42,284 nt of DNA from Gemmatimonadota bacterium (GCA_039588275.1 JBDHAC010000044.1:5912-48195); one strand, 5' to 3'; positions 8,576 through 18,063 are shown, counted from the first letter of the stretch. The notes: generated by a model not told the origin, from the sequence alone. A program made the numbers and translations.

Positions 8576-10532
8576 CCTCGAGTGGTGGCTCCTTGGCGGG
8601 GGCGAGCTCGGGCGATTCGGAACCGGCCTTCAGGGTCGGCTCGGAAACGAGACTCGGCATCGGCGGCAGCTGCTTCCCTTCCTCGAGAAGCTTGATGTCG
8701 TCTGAATCGAGCGTCTCCCGCTCCAGCAAAGCCTCTGCGATTCGCTCGAGCAGATCTTCGTTCCCCTCGAGCACGGTCCGGGTCGCCTCGTACGCATCGT
8801 CCAGGATGCGCTTGACCTCGAAGTCGACGAGCTCGGCGGTCTTCTCGCTCACCTCGCGCCGATGCGAGATGTCGCGTCCCAGGAAGACCTCCTGCGCTTG
8901 GTCGCCGACCGCCATCGGACCGATCGCGGGGGACATGCCAAACTGGGTGACCATCCGGCGGGCGAGGTCCGTGGCTCGTTCGATGTCGTTGCCGGCTCCG
9001 GTCGTGATCTTGGTCTCCCCGAAGATCATCTCCTCGGCTACGCGGCCACCGAAGAGCATCTTGAGTTGTCCCTGCAGCCAGCTCTTCGTGTAGTTGTGCC
9101 GGTCCTCCTCGGGGAGTGAGGCGGTGATCCCGAGCGCCAGTCCGCGCGGGACGATCGTGACCTTGTGGAGCGGATCCAGGCCGGGGACCCGGATCGCCAC
9201 GACGGCGTGCCCGGCCTCGTGGTAGGCGGTGACCTTCCTCTCCTCGTCGGAGATCACCAGGCTCTTCCGTTCCGCACCGAGCATGACCTTGTCCTTGGCC
9301 TGCTCGAAGTCGTCCATGAACACCCGGTCCTTGTCCTGCCGAGCGGCCAGCAAGGCGGCCTCGTTGACCACGTTCTCGATGTCCGCCCCGGAGAGGCCGG
9401 GAGTTCCCTTGGCGAGCACCGCGAGCTCGACGTCCTCGGCGAGGGGGATGTCCTGCGTGTGCACTCGGAAGATGCCCTCTCGCCCCTTCACGTCGGGGCT
9501 GTCCACCACGATCTGTCGATCGAAGCGGCCCGGGCGGAGAAGTGCGGGATCCAGGACGTCGGGACGGTTCGTGGCCGCGAGCAGGATGACGCCCTCGTTC
9601 GATTCGAAGCCGTCCATTTCCACCAGCAATTGGTTCAATGTCTGCTCGCGCTCGTCGTGTCCGCCGCCCAGGCCGGCACCCCGGTGGCGCCCTACGGCGT
9701 CGATCTCATCGATGAAGATGATGCACGGCGCGTGGGTCTTTCCCTGCTCGAACAGGTCGCGGACCCGCGAGGCGCCCACGCCCACGAACATCTCTACGAA
9801 ATCGGAACCCGACATCGAGAAGAACGGACGACCCGCCTCTCCGGCCACGGCGCGCGCCAACAGCGTCTTCCCGGTGCCGGGCGGACCGACCAGCAGCGCA
9901 CCCTTCGGCAGGCGACCCCCGAGCCGGCCGAACTTGGCAGGGTCCTTGAGGAACTCGATGATCTCCTCGAGCTCCTCCTTGGCTTCATCGCAACCGGCAA
10001 CGTCCGCGAACGTGACCTTGGGCGTATCGCCGGACAGGAGCCGGGCCTTGGACTTCCCGAAGCTGAAGGCTCTCGCACCGCCCGCCTGCATCTGGCGGAA
10101 GACGAACAGCCACAGCCCGATGATCAGCACCCACGGCAACAGCGAGATCAGGAGGTTGACCCAGTTGTTCCCGCTCGGCCTCGCGTGGATCTCGACACCC
10201 TGAGCTTCGAGCTCGTCCAAGAGCTCCTGGCTTATCTCGGCCGGCAACAGCGCCGAGAACCGATCGATTTGCGACTGGTCGCGCTGAATGGGGCGGTTGA
10301 GCTGACCCTCCAGGCGCAGTCCATCTCTGATGGTGACCGACTGGACGTTGTCCTCGCGGATCTGGGTGCGGAACTCCGAATAGGTCAGCTCCTCCTGCTG
10401 CCTGCGGCTGTTGTCCATGAGCTGCAGGATGGCGATCGGGATGAGCACGAGAAGCGCCCAGAACGAGGCCGTCCGCAAGAAGCGGTTCAGCCTCCCGGTC
10501 GACTCTTCCTTGTCGGGTCCCTTGTTCTGCAT
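8541..10532 (-). CDS. ftsH: ATP-dependent zinc metalloprotease FtsH
   Basis: Two TM segments, [44 protein letters not shown]. Confidence 0.98.
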   Translation of the reverse strand: MQNKGPDKEESTGRLNRFLRTASFWALLVLIPIAILQLMDNSRRQQEELTYSEFRTQIREDNVQSVTIRDGLRLEGQLNRPIQRDQSQIDRFSALLPAEISQELLDELEAQGVEIHARPSGNNWVNLLISLLPWVLIIGLWLFVFRQMQAGGARAFSFGKSKARLLSGDTPKVTFADVAGCDEAKEELEEIIEFLKDPAKFGRLGGRLPKGALLVGPPGTGKTLLARAVAGEAGRPFFSMSGSDFVEMFVGVGASRVRDLFEQGKTHAPCIIFIDEIDAVGRHRGAGLGGGHDEREQTLNQLLVEMDGFESNEGVILLAATNRPDVLDPALLRPGRFDRQIVVDSPDVKGREGIFRVHTQDIPLAEDVELAVLAKGTPGLSGADIENVVNEAALLAARQDKDRVFMDDFEQAKDKVMLGAERKSLVISDEERKVTAYHEAGHAVVAIRVPGLDPLHKVTIVPRGLALGITASLPEEDRHNYTKSWLQGQLKMLFGGRVAEEMIFGETKITTGAGNDIERATDLARRMVTQFGMSPAIGPMAVGDQAQEVFLGRDISHRREVSEKTAELVDFEVKRILDDAYEATRTVLEGNEDLLERIAEALLERETLDSDDIKLLEEGKQLPPMPSLVSEPTLKAGSESPELAPAKEPPLEGAGGEPAPAPA

Positions 10533-10552
10533 GCGATCCCTCCCGCCGATCC

Positions 10553-11209
10553 CTATAGGCTCGCTATGAACGGCAGGTGGCGGAAGTCCTCCGCGTGGTC
10601 GAGACCATAGCCCACCAGGAAGTCGGGCGGGGCGTCAAAACCGAGCCAACGGGGTTCCAGGACGAGATCCTTCGCGATGTGCTTGTGAAGGAGCGCGCAC
10701 ACTTCCACCGAGGCCGGCTCGCGCTCGCGAAGGCTCTTGATCAGCCGGTTGAGCGTCGTACCGCTGTCAACGATGTCCTCGACGAGAATCAGGTGTCGAC
10801 CACGCATCGGCGCGCTGGGATCGTACAGGAGCTTCACTTCGCCCGAAGACGTCTTACCCTTGCCGTAGCTCGATGCGACCAGGAAGTCTACGTGGATCGG
10901 GCGGCGAATCCATCGCACGAGGTCGCCGAGGAACACGAACGAGCCCTTGAGCAGGCCGAGGATCAGGAGATGCGCATCTGGCGGGTACGCCTCCGTGATC
11001 TCCTGCCCCATCTTCCGGACTCGCTGGGCGATCTCGTCCGCACCGAATACGACTCGCGCCATCTCCCGACCGCCGGTGAATTCCCGGAAGGCGGCTTGCT
11101 CCGTGTACTCCACGTTCGTCACGGGCTCCTCTTCCGTTGCGGCGTGCTCGTCGACCCGGGTCGCACCATCGGCCTCGGTCTCAAGCATGCCGGAGGTCAC
11201 TGACTCCAA
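10553..11209 (-). CDS. hpt: Hypoxanthine phosphoribosyltransferase (start uncertain)
   Basis: GLLKGSFVF, SSYG, LILVEDIVDSGTTL, FLVGYGLD; tilS-hpt-ftsH synteny. Confidence 0.95.
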   Translation of the reverse strand: MESVTSGMLETEADGATRVDEHAATEEEPVTNVEYTEQAAFREFTGGREMARVVFGADEIAQRVRKMGQEITEAYPPDAHLLILGLLKGSFVFLGDLVRWIRRPIHVDFLVASSYGKGKTSSGEVKLLYDPSAPMRGRHLILVEDIVDSGTTLNRLIKSLREREPASVEVCALLHKHIAKDLVLEPRWLGFDAPPDFLVGYGLDHAEDFRHLPFIASL

Positions 11210-12617
11210 TTACGAAACTCTCCTCACCGACCTCTGTGTCGGCCAAGCAGGCCTCGGACAGTCCGGCCACCCAGTGGACGCGGCCGTCTGCAGCCACCAA
11301 TACGGGCACGGCAGCTCGTCGCGAGCGAGGCACCCTTCGTTCATTGAACAGCTTCTTCAACTTCCGTGATCCTGCCCGCGTTCGAATCCGGTCTCCCGGG
11401 CACGGCCCCCGCAGCCGCAACGGGAAGCGGAGCGAACCTAGCGGCAGCCTCGCCACCCAGGCAGCACCGTCGGCTTCGCACCCCCAGGCGACCGCGTATT
11501 CGCGGCCTCCCAAGGTGACGGTGCCACGCCCGCCGACCGCGTCGATCATCAGGTCATCGTCGGCTTCGGTGCGGGGTGGCAAGCGAAGCAGCAACCGGTC
11601 GAAATCGCGGCGCAGCTCAAGTCCATTGGCGATCTGCGCGGCTCCTCCGCTGCGGCCTCGCATGATAAACTCCACCCCGAGCCGGGTTCCTCCGCGCGTG
11701 AGGCTATACCCCAGTCTGCCCGCGAGTAGTCGGAGGACACGCGCCTGCTCGGCTCGATCATACCTAACCAGTTTAGAGTGAGCAATTTGCAGGCCGGTCT
11801 CGTCCTCCCGCTGGCCGGCGAGCTCGTGCCCGGATTCCTCTTCCCCCCGGCACAGCACCGTTTCGCAGATCTGTTCGGCCCGTTGCTCGAGCCCGCGGTC
11901 GGCGCGGCGCGCATTCAGAGCCAACTCGATCAACGCCCGCGCCACGGTGCCGTCGCAGCTCGAGAGGAGCGGCCACAGGTCATGCCGGATCCGAGATCTC
12001 GCGAATCGTCGGTCGGCATTGGAGGGGTCCGCCAGCGCAGCGATCCCCCGGGCGACGAGAAAGCCCTCCAGCGCGGAGCGCGGAATAGAGAGCACGGGGC
12101 GCACGTACCGTCCTCGGCGAAGCGGGATCCCCGCGAGCCCGCGCAAGCCCGTGCCCCGCCCCAATCGAAACAGGACCGTCTCGATTTGATCGTCGGCGTG
12201 GTGTGCGAGGGCGATCCGGTCCGCCTTCAGCTCACGCGACGCCCGGTCCAGCCACGCGTAACGGGCGTCCCGAAGCACCGCCTGCTTCGGCGGGAGCCCG
12301 TCGGCGCGCCCGATCCGGCAAGGTACGTCGAGGCGTTCGGTCCAGCGGCGCACCTGCTCGGCCTCGGTTTCGCTCCCGGGGCGCACCCCATGGTCGAAAT
12401 GGCCGGCGCACAGCTCCATGTCGCGCTGCTTCCTGACGCCGTGCAAGAGGTGAAGTAGCGCCATCGAGTCGGGGCCGCCGGAGACGGCGACCAGGACGCG
12501 ACTGCTTGGCGGGATCAGCTCCGGATGCTGATCCAGGAGACGACGAAAAAGGGCTGGTGCGGCCAGGGGGTCAGGGCGCGTCGTTCTCTCCCGACCGGTG
12601 TGCAACTCCGACGTCAT
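11181..12617 (-). CDS. tilS: tRNA(Ile)-lysidine synthetase
   Basis: VAVSGGPDSMALL, HFDHGVR, AHHADDQIET, GTGLRGL, DPSN...RSRIRH, C-terminal RKLKKLF. ATG 12617 is preferred over 12770. Confidence 0.95.
   Translation of the reverse strand: MTSELHTGRERTTRPDPLAAPALFRRLLDQHPELIPPSSRVLVAVSGGPDSMALLHLLHGVRKQRDMELCAGHFDHGVRPGSETEAEQVRRWTERLDVPCRIGRADGLPPKQAVLRDARYAWLDRASRELKADRIALAHHADDQIETVLFRLGRGTGLRGLAGIPLRRGRYVRPVLSIPRSALEGFLVARGIAALADPSNADRRFARSRIRHDLWPLLSSCDGTVARALIELALNARRADRGLEQRAEQICETVLCRGEEESGHELAGQREDETGLQIAHSKLVRYDRAEQARVLRLLAGRLGYSLTRGGTRLGVEFIMRGRSGGAAQIANGLELRRDFDRLLLRLPPRTEADDDLMIDAVGGRGTVTLGGREYAVAWGCEADGAAWVARLPLGSLRFPLRLRGPCPGDRIRTRAGSRKLKKLFNERRVPRSRRAAVPVLVAADGRVHWVAGLSEACLADTEVGEESFVIGVSDLRHA
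11757..11785 (-). promoter_or_regulatory. Putative internal sigma70 promoter within tilS, facing hpt-ftsH
   Basis: Minus strand TTGCTC-N17-TATGAT in a locally AT-rich codon patch. Confidence 0.6.
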
Positions 12618-12867
12618 CCTCACGCCAGGTTGCCGGCCCGCGGTGGAACTCGAGACGATCCGGAATGCCGACGCCATATCGCGCGGGCTCATCAGACGGA
12701 TCCGTCCACTCTCCGTCCCAGACGACATCGGAGTCCGGACCAGGGGCATCGGAGTCCGGGCCAGGGGCATGGGTCATCTCCGATTCGGTCGTCGCGACCC
12801 GATCGTGGCCTACGACATACGCCCGTAGCGCGTCTCTGAACCCCGTGGAGCGGCGCTCGCGGCTCAT
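12571..12867 (-). CDS. Small hypothetical protein between frr and tilS
   Basis: 98 aa; ATG overlaps the frr stop (ATGA) and the 3' end overlaps the tilS start; no recognisable domain. Confidence 0.45.
   Translation of the reverse strand: MSRERRSTGFRDALRAYVVGHDRVATTESEMTHAPGPDSDAPGPDSDVVWDGEWTDPSDEPARYGVGIPDRLEFHRGPATWREDDVGVAHRSGENDAP
12726..12770. repeat. 21-bp tandem repeat (2 copies plus 3 bp)
   Basis: CATCGGAGTCCGGACCAGGGG / CATCGGAGTCCGGGCCAGGGG / CAT. Confidence 0.85.
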
Positions 12868-13421
12868 ACCTCCATCACTTCGGCTTCCTTCTTCTCGAGC
12901 ACCTCGGCCAGACGCTGGATGTGCTTGTCCGTCATTTCCTGCAGCTCGTCCATCGCCCGGTGGCAGTCGTCCTCGCCGACCTCGCCGCCGCGCTGCATGG
13001 CCTGGAGTGTATTCCGAGCTTCATGACGGGTGTGACGGATCGACACGCGACCCTCCTCGGTCATGCGGTGCAACACCTTGACCATCTCGAGGCGGCGCTC
13101 CTCCGTGAGGGGCGGAATCGGAACGCGGACCAGGTTACCGTCCTGCGACGGGTTCAATCCCAGATCCGCCGTGCGGACCGCATTGGCGATCGGTCCCGCG
13201 AGGTTGGGGTCGTACGGCTGGATAACCAGGAGCTGAGGCTCCGGTGCGCCGACGTTGGCCACCTGTTTGAGCGACACGAGCGAACCGTACGCTTCGACCC
13301 GAACGGTGTCGAGGAGAGTCGGGGTCGCTTTCCCCGTTCGAACCGTGTTGAATTCGCGGGCCACGGCCTCAACGGCTTTGTCCATCGACGCATTCGCTTC
13401 CTTCAGCGTGCTGTCCGGCAT
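12864..13421 (-). CDS. frr: Ribosome recycling factor
   Basis: VRTGKATPTLLD, VEAYG, DLGLNP, PPLTEERR, KEAEVMEV. Confidence 0.97.
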   Translation of the reverse strand: MPDSTLKEANASMDKAVEAVAREFNTVRTGKATPTLLDTVRVEAYGSLVSLKQVANVGAPEPQLLVIQPYDPNLAGPIANAVRTADLGLNPSQDGNLVRVPIPPLTEERRLEMVKVLHRMTEEGRVSIRHTRHEARNTLQAMQRGGEVGEDDCHRAMDELQEMTDKHIQRLAEVLEKKEAEVMEV

Positions 13422-13454
13422 GGTCGTCTCTCCTGCCTTATCACGGTCCGCGAC

Positions 13455-14183
13455 TCAAGCGACGAGGGTTCCGATACGCTCGCCTTCGAGCGCGGAGAGG
13501 ATCGCTCCGGATCGCTTGATGTTGAGTACGATCACCGGCAGGTCGTTCTCCTTGCAAAGCGAGATCGCCGCGGCATCCATCACACCCAATTCGCGGGTCA
13601 TCACCTCCAGGTACGTGATCTCCTCGATGAACTCGGCGGCCGGGTCCGAGACGGGGTCCGAGGTGTAGACGCCATCCACCTTGGTGGCCTTCAGGATGAC
13701 GTCTGCCTCCATCTCGATCGCTCTCAGCACCGCGGCCGTATCCGTTGAAAAGTACGGGTTGCCGGTTCCGCCTGCGAAGATGACGAGGCGACCCTTCTCG
13801 AGATGACGAAGGGCACGACGTCGAATGTACGGCTCGGCGAGCTCCTCCATGCGAATGGCGGACATCACGCGGGTCTGAACGCCACCCTTCTCGAGGATGT
13901 CCTGCAGCGCGAGGGCGTTGATCACCGTCGCCAGCATCCCCATGTAATCGGCCGAGACGCGATCCATCCCGCGCGCGCTCGCCACCGTGCCGCGGACGAT
14001 GTTCCCGCCGCCGACCACGAGCCCGAGCGCCACGCCAGCCCTGTGGACCTTCGCGATCTCGCCGGCCAGTTCCTCGATCGCGGGTGGATCGATTCCGAAG
14101 CCCTTCGACCCGGCGAGCGATTCGCCCGACAGCTTGACCAGCGCGCGCTGATACTTGAGTGAGGATCCGTTGGTATCGCTCAA
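13455..14183 (-). CDS. pyrH: Uridylate kinase
   Basis: [46 protein letters not shown]. Confidence 0.97.
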   Translation of the reverse strand: MSDTNGSSLKYQRALVKLSGESLAGSKGFGIDPPAIEELAGEIAKVHRAGVALGLVVGGGNIVRGTVASARGMDRVSADYMGMLATVINALALQDILEKGGVQTRVMSAIRMEELAEPYIRRRALRHLEKGRLVIFAGGTGNPYFSTDTAAVLRAIEMEADVILKATKVDGVYTSDPVSDPAAEFIEEITYLEVMTRELGVMDAAAISLCKENDLPVIVLNIKRSGAILSALEGERIGTLVA

Positions 14184-14259
14184 CCGGGCCTCCCGGTGTT
14201 TAGCAAGCCGCTGGAGAATATCCAGCCGCCCGCTCGAGTTCAGCGGTCTTCAGTCCGAT

Positions 14260-15114
14260 CTAGGCTCCCACTTCGAAGCGGACGAATCGTCTCACGGTGA
14301 CGTCGTCGCCGGCCTCGGCCAGCAGCTCCTTGACGCTCTTGTCCGGATCGCGCACGTAGCTTTGCCAGAGCAGCGCGTTCTCTTCGAAGAACTTCCGCAT
14401 CCGGCCCTCCACGATCTTCTCGGCGATCTCGGGTGGTTTCCCCTCACCCTTGGCCTGCTCGATGAGAACGGCTTGCTCCCGCTCGATGATCTCGGCCGGG
14501 ATATCATCCGGTGAAACGCCCGACGGGTTAGTGGCCGCGATGTGCATCGCGACTCCTCTCGCCGCCTCGGCAGCCGACGCCTCGTCCCCACCACCCGTGA
14601 GCTCGACCAGGACTCCGATCCTGCTCCCGAAGTGTACGTAGCTGCCGACTGTGCTGGCCGCCTCCGGCGTCCATCTCACGATGCGGTTCAGCCGAACGTT
14701 TTCGCCCACCTGCAGCCTGAGCTCGGTGAGATCCGCCTCGATCGGCGCCCCACCTTCCTGCTCGAACAGCTCCGCGCCGTCGAGCACCTTACCGTCCGGG
14801 AGCTCCATCTCGCCGGCCGTGTCGGCCGTTTTCTCCGCGAAAGCCGCGAACGCTTCGCTTCGAGCCACGAAGTCCGTCTCGCTCAGGACCTCCGCCATCA
14901 CGGCGGTGCCGTCGTGGACCGAGATGTGGACGGTACCCTCCGACACCTCTCGCCCGGCACGCTTCGCGGCCTTCGCGACTCCGCTTTGCCGGAGCAGATC
15001 GATGGCTCGTTCCTCGTCACCGCCGGCCTCGGTCAGGGCGCGCTTGCAGTCCATCATGCCCGCACCGGTGCGGTCCCGGAGCGACTTCACCGCTGCAGCC
15101 GTGATCTCCGCCAT
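14260..15114 (-). CDS. tsf: Translation elongation factor Ts
   Basis: VKSLRDRTGAGMMDCKRAL, ETDFVAR, AMHIAA, FVRFEVG. Confidence 0.97.
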   Translation of the reverse strand: MAEITAAAVKSLRDRTGAGMMDCKRALTEAGGDEERAIDLLRQSGVAKAAKRAGREVSEGTVHISVHDGTAVMAEVLSETDFVARSEAFAAFAEKTADTAGEMELPDGKVLDGAELFEQEGGAPIEADLTELRLQVGENVRLNRIVRWTPEAASTVGSYVHFGSRIGVLVELTGGGDEASAAEAARGVAMHIAATNPSGVSPDDIPAEIIEREQAVLIEQAKGEGKPPEIAEKIVEGRMRKFFEENALLWQSYVRDPDKSVKELLAEAGDDVTVRRFVRFEVGA

Positions 15115-15227
15115 CTTCGTCGATCTCCTTCTTCATTTGCTTGTCGCTCTTTTTTTGTCTGTCTCGATCGGGCACCGCGCGCAAGACCGCAGGCCCCTGA
15201 GACCTTCCCGCGGATCGCCTGGGGGGC

Positions 15228-15254
15228 AAAAAAAAGGGCCACCGAAGTGGCCCT
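15228..15254 (-). terminator. Intrinsic terminator/attenuator between rpsB and tsf
   Basis: Minus strand AGGGCCAC-TTCG-GTGGCCCT followed by a T run (UUCG tetraloop). Confidence 0.8.
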
Positions 15255-15260
15255 CGGCGC

Positions 15261-16319
15261 TCAACTTCCGCCCGAGCCGCCGTCGTCGGTTTTCTCTGCG
15301 CCGGTGTCTGCGGACGCCAGCACCTTCGGATCCGGCTCGCCAGCCGGCTCGGTATCGTCGCCACCGGCGTCGGTCTCGGCCGTGGTCTCCGCAGCTTCGG
15401 CCGTGGTCTCAGCGGCTTCGGCCGATGCATCGGTCTCGGCGGCATCCTCACCACCCTCGTCGGCCGCGTGGTGAAGCCGCTGCGCGATCGCCTCGGGACG
15501 CGGACGCCTCCTCGGGCGCTTTCGCCGCGGTCGCGAGGTATCCTCGACCTCCGCCGCGTCGGTCGAGTACGTGTACGCCTCCGCCTCTTCATCGACCTCG
15601 GGCATCTCCGGCGTCTCCCGGCGCGCCGCCAGGATCGCATCCGCGATCGCGCCCGTGATCAGAGAGACGGACCGAATCGCATCGTCGTTCCCCGCGATCG
15701 GAACGGTCAGGAGATCCGGGTCGGCGTTCGTATCCGCGATCGCCACGACCGGTACGCCCAGGCGGTTCGACTCGCGGACCGCGATCTCCTCTTTCTTCGC
15801 GTCGACCACGAACACGAGGCCGGGGACCCGTGTCATGTCCTTGATGCCGGAGAGGTATCGATCGAGCTTCAGGCGCTCACGGCTCAGCAGGAGCTGCTCC
15901 TTCTTCGTGTAGAACTCGAAAGATCCTTCCTCTGCACCTCGCTCGAGATCCTTCAGGCGCCTGATGTTCTTCTTGATCGTCTGGAAGTTGGTGAGCATGC
16001 CCCCGAGCCAACGCTCGGTCACATAGAACGCCCCGCAGCGATCGGCTTCCTCTCGGACGATGGGCGCAAGCTGGGTCTTCGTGCACACGAACAGAACAGT
16101 CTGGCCGCCAACAACCGTGTCGCGGACCAGCTTTCGCGCTCTCTCGAGCTCGTGGAGGGTCTTCTTCAGGTCGATCAGGTAGATCCCGCCGCGCTCCGCG
16201 AAGATGTACCGACGCATCTTCGGGTTCCAGCGATGCGTCTGGTGTCCGAAGTGGACGCCCGCGCGCAGGAGCTCCTTCAAACCGACTTCCGTCTGCGTCT
16301 CCGTCAGTGCTTTCTCCAT
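15261..16319 (-). CDS. rpsB: 30S ribosomal protein S2 with long C-terminal extension
   Basis: AGVHFGHQTHRWNPKM, RWLGGMLTNF, DTNADP, GNDDAIRS. Confidence 0.98.
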   Translation of the reverse strand: MEKALTETQTEVGLKELLRAGVHFGHQTHRWNPKMRRYIFAERGGIYLIDLKKTLHELERARKLVRDTVVGGQTVLFVCTKTQLAPIVREEADRCGAFYVTERWLGGMLTNFQTIKKNIRRLKDLERGAEEGSFEFYTKKEQLLLSRERLKLDRYLSGIKDMTRVPGLVFVVDAKKEEIAVRESNRLGVPVVAIADTNADPDLLTVPIAGNDDAIRSVSLITGAIADAILAARRETPEMPEVDEEAEAYTYSTDAAEVEDTSRPRRKRPRRRPRPEAIAQRLHHAADEGGEDAAETDASAEAAETTAEAAETTAETDAGGDDTEPAGEPDPKVLASADTGAEKTDDGGSGGS

Positions 16320-16362
16320 CGACTCTCTTACAGGATGGCGATCGAGCTCGCCTCCCCGATGC

Positions 16363-16758
16363 TCAACGCTTCGAGAACTGGAACCGCTTTCTCGCCTTTG
16401 GCTGTCCGGGCTTCTTCCGCTCCACGGTGCGCGGGTCCCTCGTTAGGAGACCGTGTGTGCGCAGCGTCGTCCGATGATCCTCATCGAATCCGAGTAGCGC
16501 CCGGGCCACCGCGAGGCGTACGGCATCCGCCTGACCCGTGATCCCGCCCCCGCGGACGCGCACGTTGATGTCGTATATCCCCTCCGCTTCGACGGCCTGC
16601 AGCGGCTGGTCGATCGCCGAGCGGTGCCTGAGAAGGGGGAAGTAATCGTCGGCCGGGCGACCGTTCACGCGAACCTGTCCACTCCCTGGACGCATGGTCA
16701 CGCGCGCCACGGATCGCTTCCGTCGTCCGACCGATTGAACCTGCTCTGGTGTCGTCAA
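16363..16758 (-). CDS. rpsI: 30S ribosomal protein S9
   Basis: GRRKRSVARV, GGGITGQA, LTRDPRTVERKK, QFSKR. Confidence 0.98.
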   Translation of the reverse strand: MTTPEQVQSVGRRKRSVARVTMRPGSGQVRVNGRPADDYFPLLRHRSAIDQPLQAVEAEGIYDINVRVRGGGITGQADAVRLAVARALLGFDEDHRTTLRTHGLLTRDPRTVERKKPGQPKARKRFQFSKR

Positions 16759-16773
16759 GCTATCCTCGTAGAG

Positions 16774-17211
16774 TTACTGCAAACGTGTCTCGAACGGCTG
16801 GGGCTGCTGAGGTTCGTGCGGGTGCTCGGGTCCCGCGTACACCTTGAGCTTCCTGAGCATGTGCCGGCCCAACGTGTTCTTGGGCAGCATCCCCTTCACG
16901 GCCAGCCGAATCACGCGCTCGGGGTGTCTTTCTATCATGCGGCGGAACGGAATGAATCGTTCCCCGCCCATGTATCCGCTGTGGCGGAAGTACTCCTTCT
17001 GCTCGGCCTTCTTTCCCGTCAGCCGAACCTCCGCGGCATTGATCACCACGACGAAGTCCCCCACGTCGAGGTGCGGGCTGAACGTCGGCTTGTGCTTGCC
17101 GCGCAGCACGTGGGCGATCTCGGTCGCCAGCCGCCCCAGCACCTGGTCCTTGGCATCGACCACGTACCAGTCGCGCTGGATCTCGCCCGCTTTCACCGTA
17201 TAGGTCTTCAT
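16774..17211 (-). CDS. rplM: 50S ribosomal protein L13
   Basis: [45 protein letters not shown]. Confidence 0.98.
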   Translation of the reverse strand: MKTYTVKAGEIQRDWYVVDAKDQVLGRLATEIAHVLRGKHKPTFSPHLDVGDFVVVINAAEVRLTGKKAEQKEYFRHSGYMGGERFIPFRRMIERHPERVIRLAVKGMLPKNTLGRHMLRKLKVYAGPEHPHEPQQPQPFETRLQ

Positions 17212-17288
17212 GGGTCCCTTACGACCGAGCTCGGAGATGACCGCTCGACACGCCGGCTGCGGTCCGGTTTCTCATTGCTCCCCAACGG

Positions 17289-17314
17289 AAAAAAAACCGC
17301 CCGGCACGGGCGGT
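17289..17314 (-). terminator. Terminator-like hairpin with U8 tail in the rplM leader
   Basis: Minus strand ACCGCCCG-TGC-CGGGCGG followed by TTTTTTTT. Confidence 0.7.
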
Positions 17315-17337
17315 AACCCAAGCTCTAACAGCCTCCA

Positions 17338-17366
17338 AAGTTATTCCCGGTATTGAGGAAAGTCAA
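17338..17366 (-). promoter_or_regulatory. Sigma70 promoter of the rplM-rpsI-rpsB operon
   Basis: Minus strand TTGACT-N17-TAACTT. Confidence 0.75.
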
Positions 17367-17367
17367 T

Positions 17368-18063
17368 TCAGAGCAGTGGGTTTCCGCGGTAGACGGCGAG
17401 CCCGTGCCTGCCAGCACCGGCACGCATGCGCGATAGGGCCCGCTCCTTGATCTGTCGCACCCGCTCGCGCGTTACACCGAGGTGTTCGCCCACCTCCTCG
17501 AGCGTAGACGGAGGAGCCCCGTCGAGCCCGTAGTACAGGCGTAGGACCAGTTGCTCCCGTTCGGGCAGGTCGGTCAGGCTCGAGTCGACGGCATGGCGCA
17601 TCCCGGCCCGCAGGACCCTCTCTTCCGGCGCTTCCGATCGGTCATCCGGTACCAGCTCCTGGAGGGCGGCCGTGGTCTCTCCGCCCAATGGCTCATCGAG
17701 CGAAAGGCGCCGCACGGCGAGGTCGCCGTTCAGCTCCGCGTCGCGGGCGATCGCCTGCCTCATCCCCTGGCGGATCCACCAGATGGCGTAGCTGACGAAG
17801 CGAACGCCGTGCGTCTCATCGAATCGCTCCGCCGCGCGCAACAGTCCGAGGTTCCCCTCGTTGACCAGGTCCGCGAGTGGGACGCCGCTGTGTCGGTATC
17901 GCCTGGCGACGGACACGACGAAGCGGAGGTTCGCGCTCACCAGACGGTGGCGGGCGGCGTCATCTCCCGCGCGACTGCGTCTGGCGAGCTCGGCTTCCTC
18001 TTCCCGGGAGAGCATCGGGTGTCGCGCAATATCGCTCAGGTACCGCTCGAAAAGTCTGACCAA
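17368..18063 (-). CDS. RNA polymerase sigma-70 family factor (RpoD/RpoS-like regions 1.2, 2 and 4; region 3 shortened)
   Basis: YLSDIARHPMLSREEE, LVSANLRFVVSVARRY, DLVNEGNLGL, GVRFVSYAIWWIRQ, TLEEVGEHLGVTRERVRQI. Confidence 0.9.
   Translation of the reverse strand: MVRLFERYLSDIARHPMLSREEEAELARRSRAGDDAARHRLVSANLRFVVSVARRYRHSGVPLADLVNEGNLGLLRAAERFDETHGVRFVSYAIWWIRQGMRQAIARDAELNGDLAVRRLSLDEPLGGETTAALQELVPDDRSEAPEERVLRAGMRHAVDSSLTDLPEREQLVLRLYYGLDGAPPSTLEEVGEHLGVTRERVRQIKERALSRMRAGAGRHGLAVYRGNPLL

Noticed and set aside
12726..12770. Short repeats (also at 15376, 28379 and 38836) as a possible CRISPR array
   Set aside because: Only two copies each, no regular unique spacers and no cas genes.
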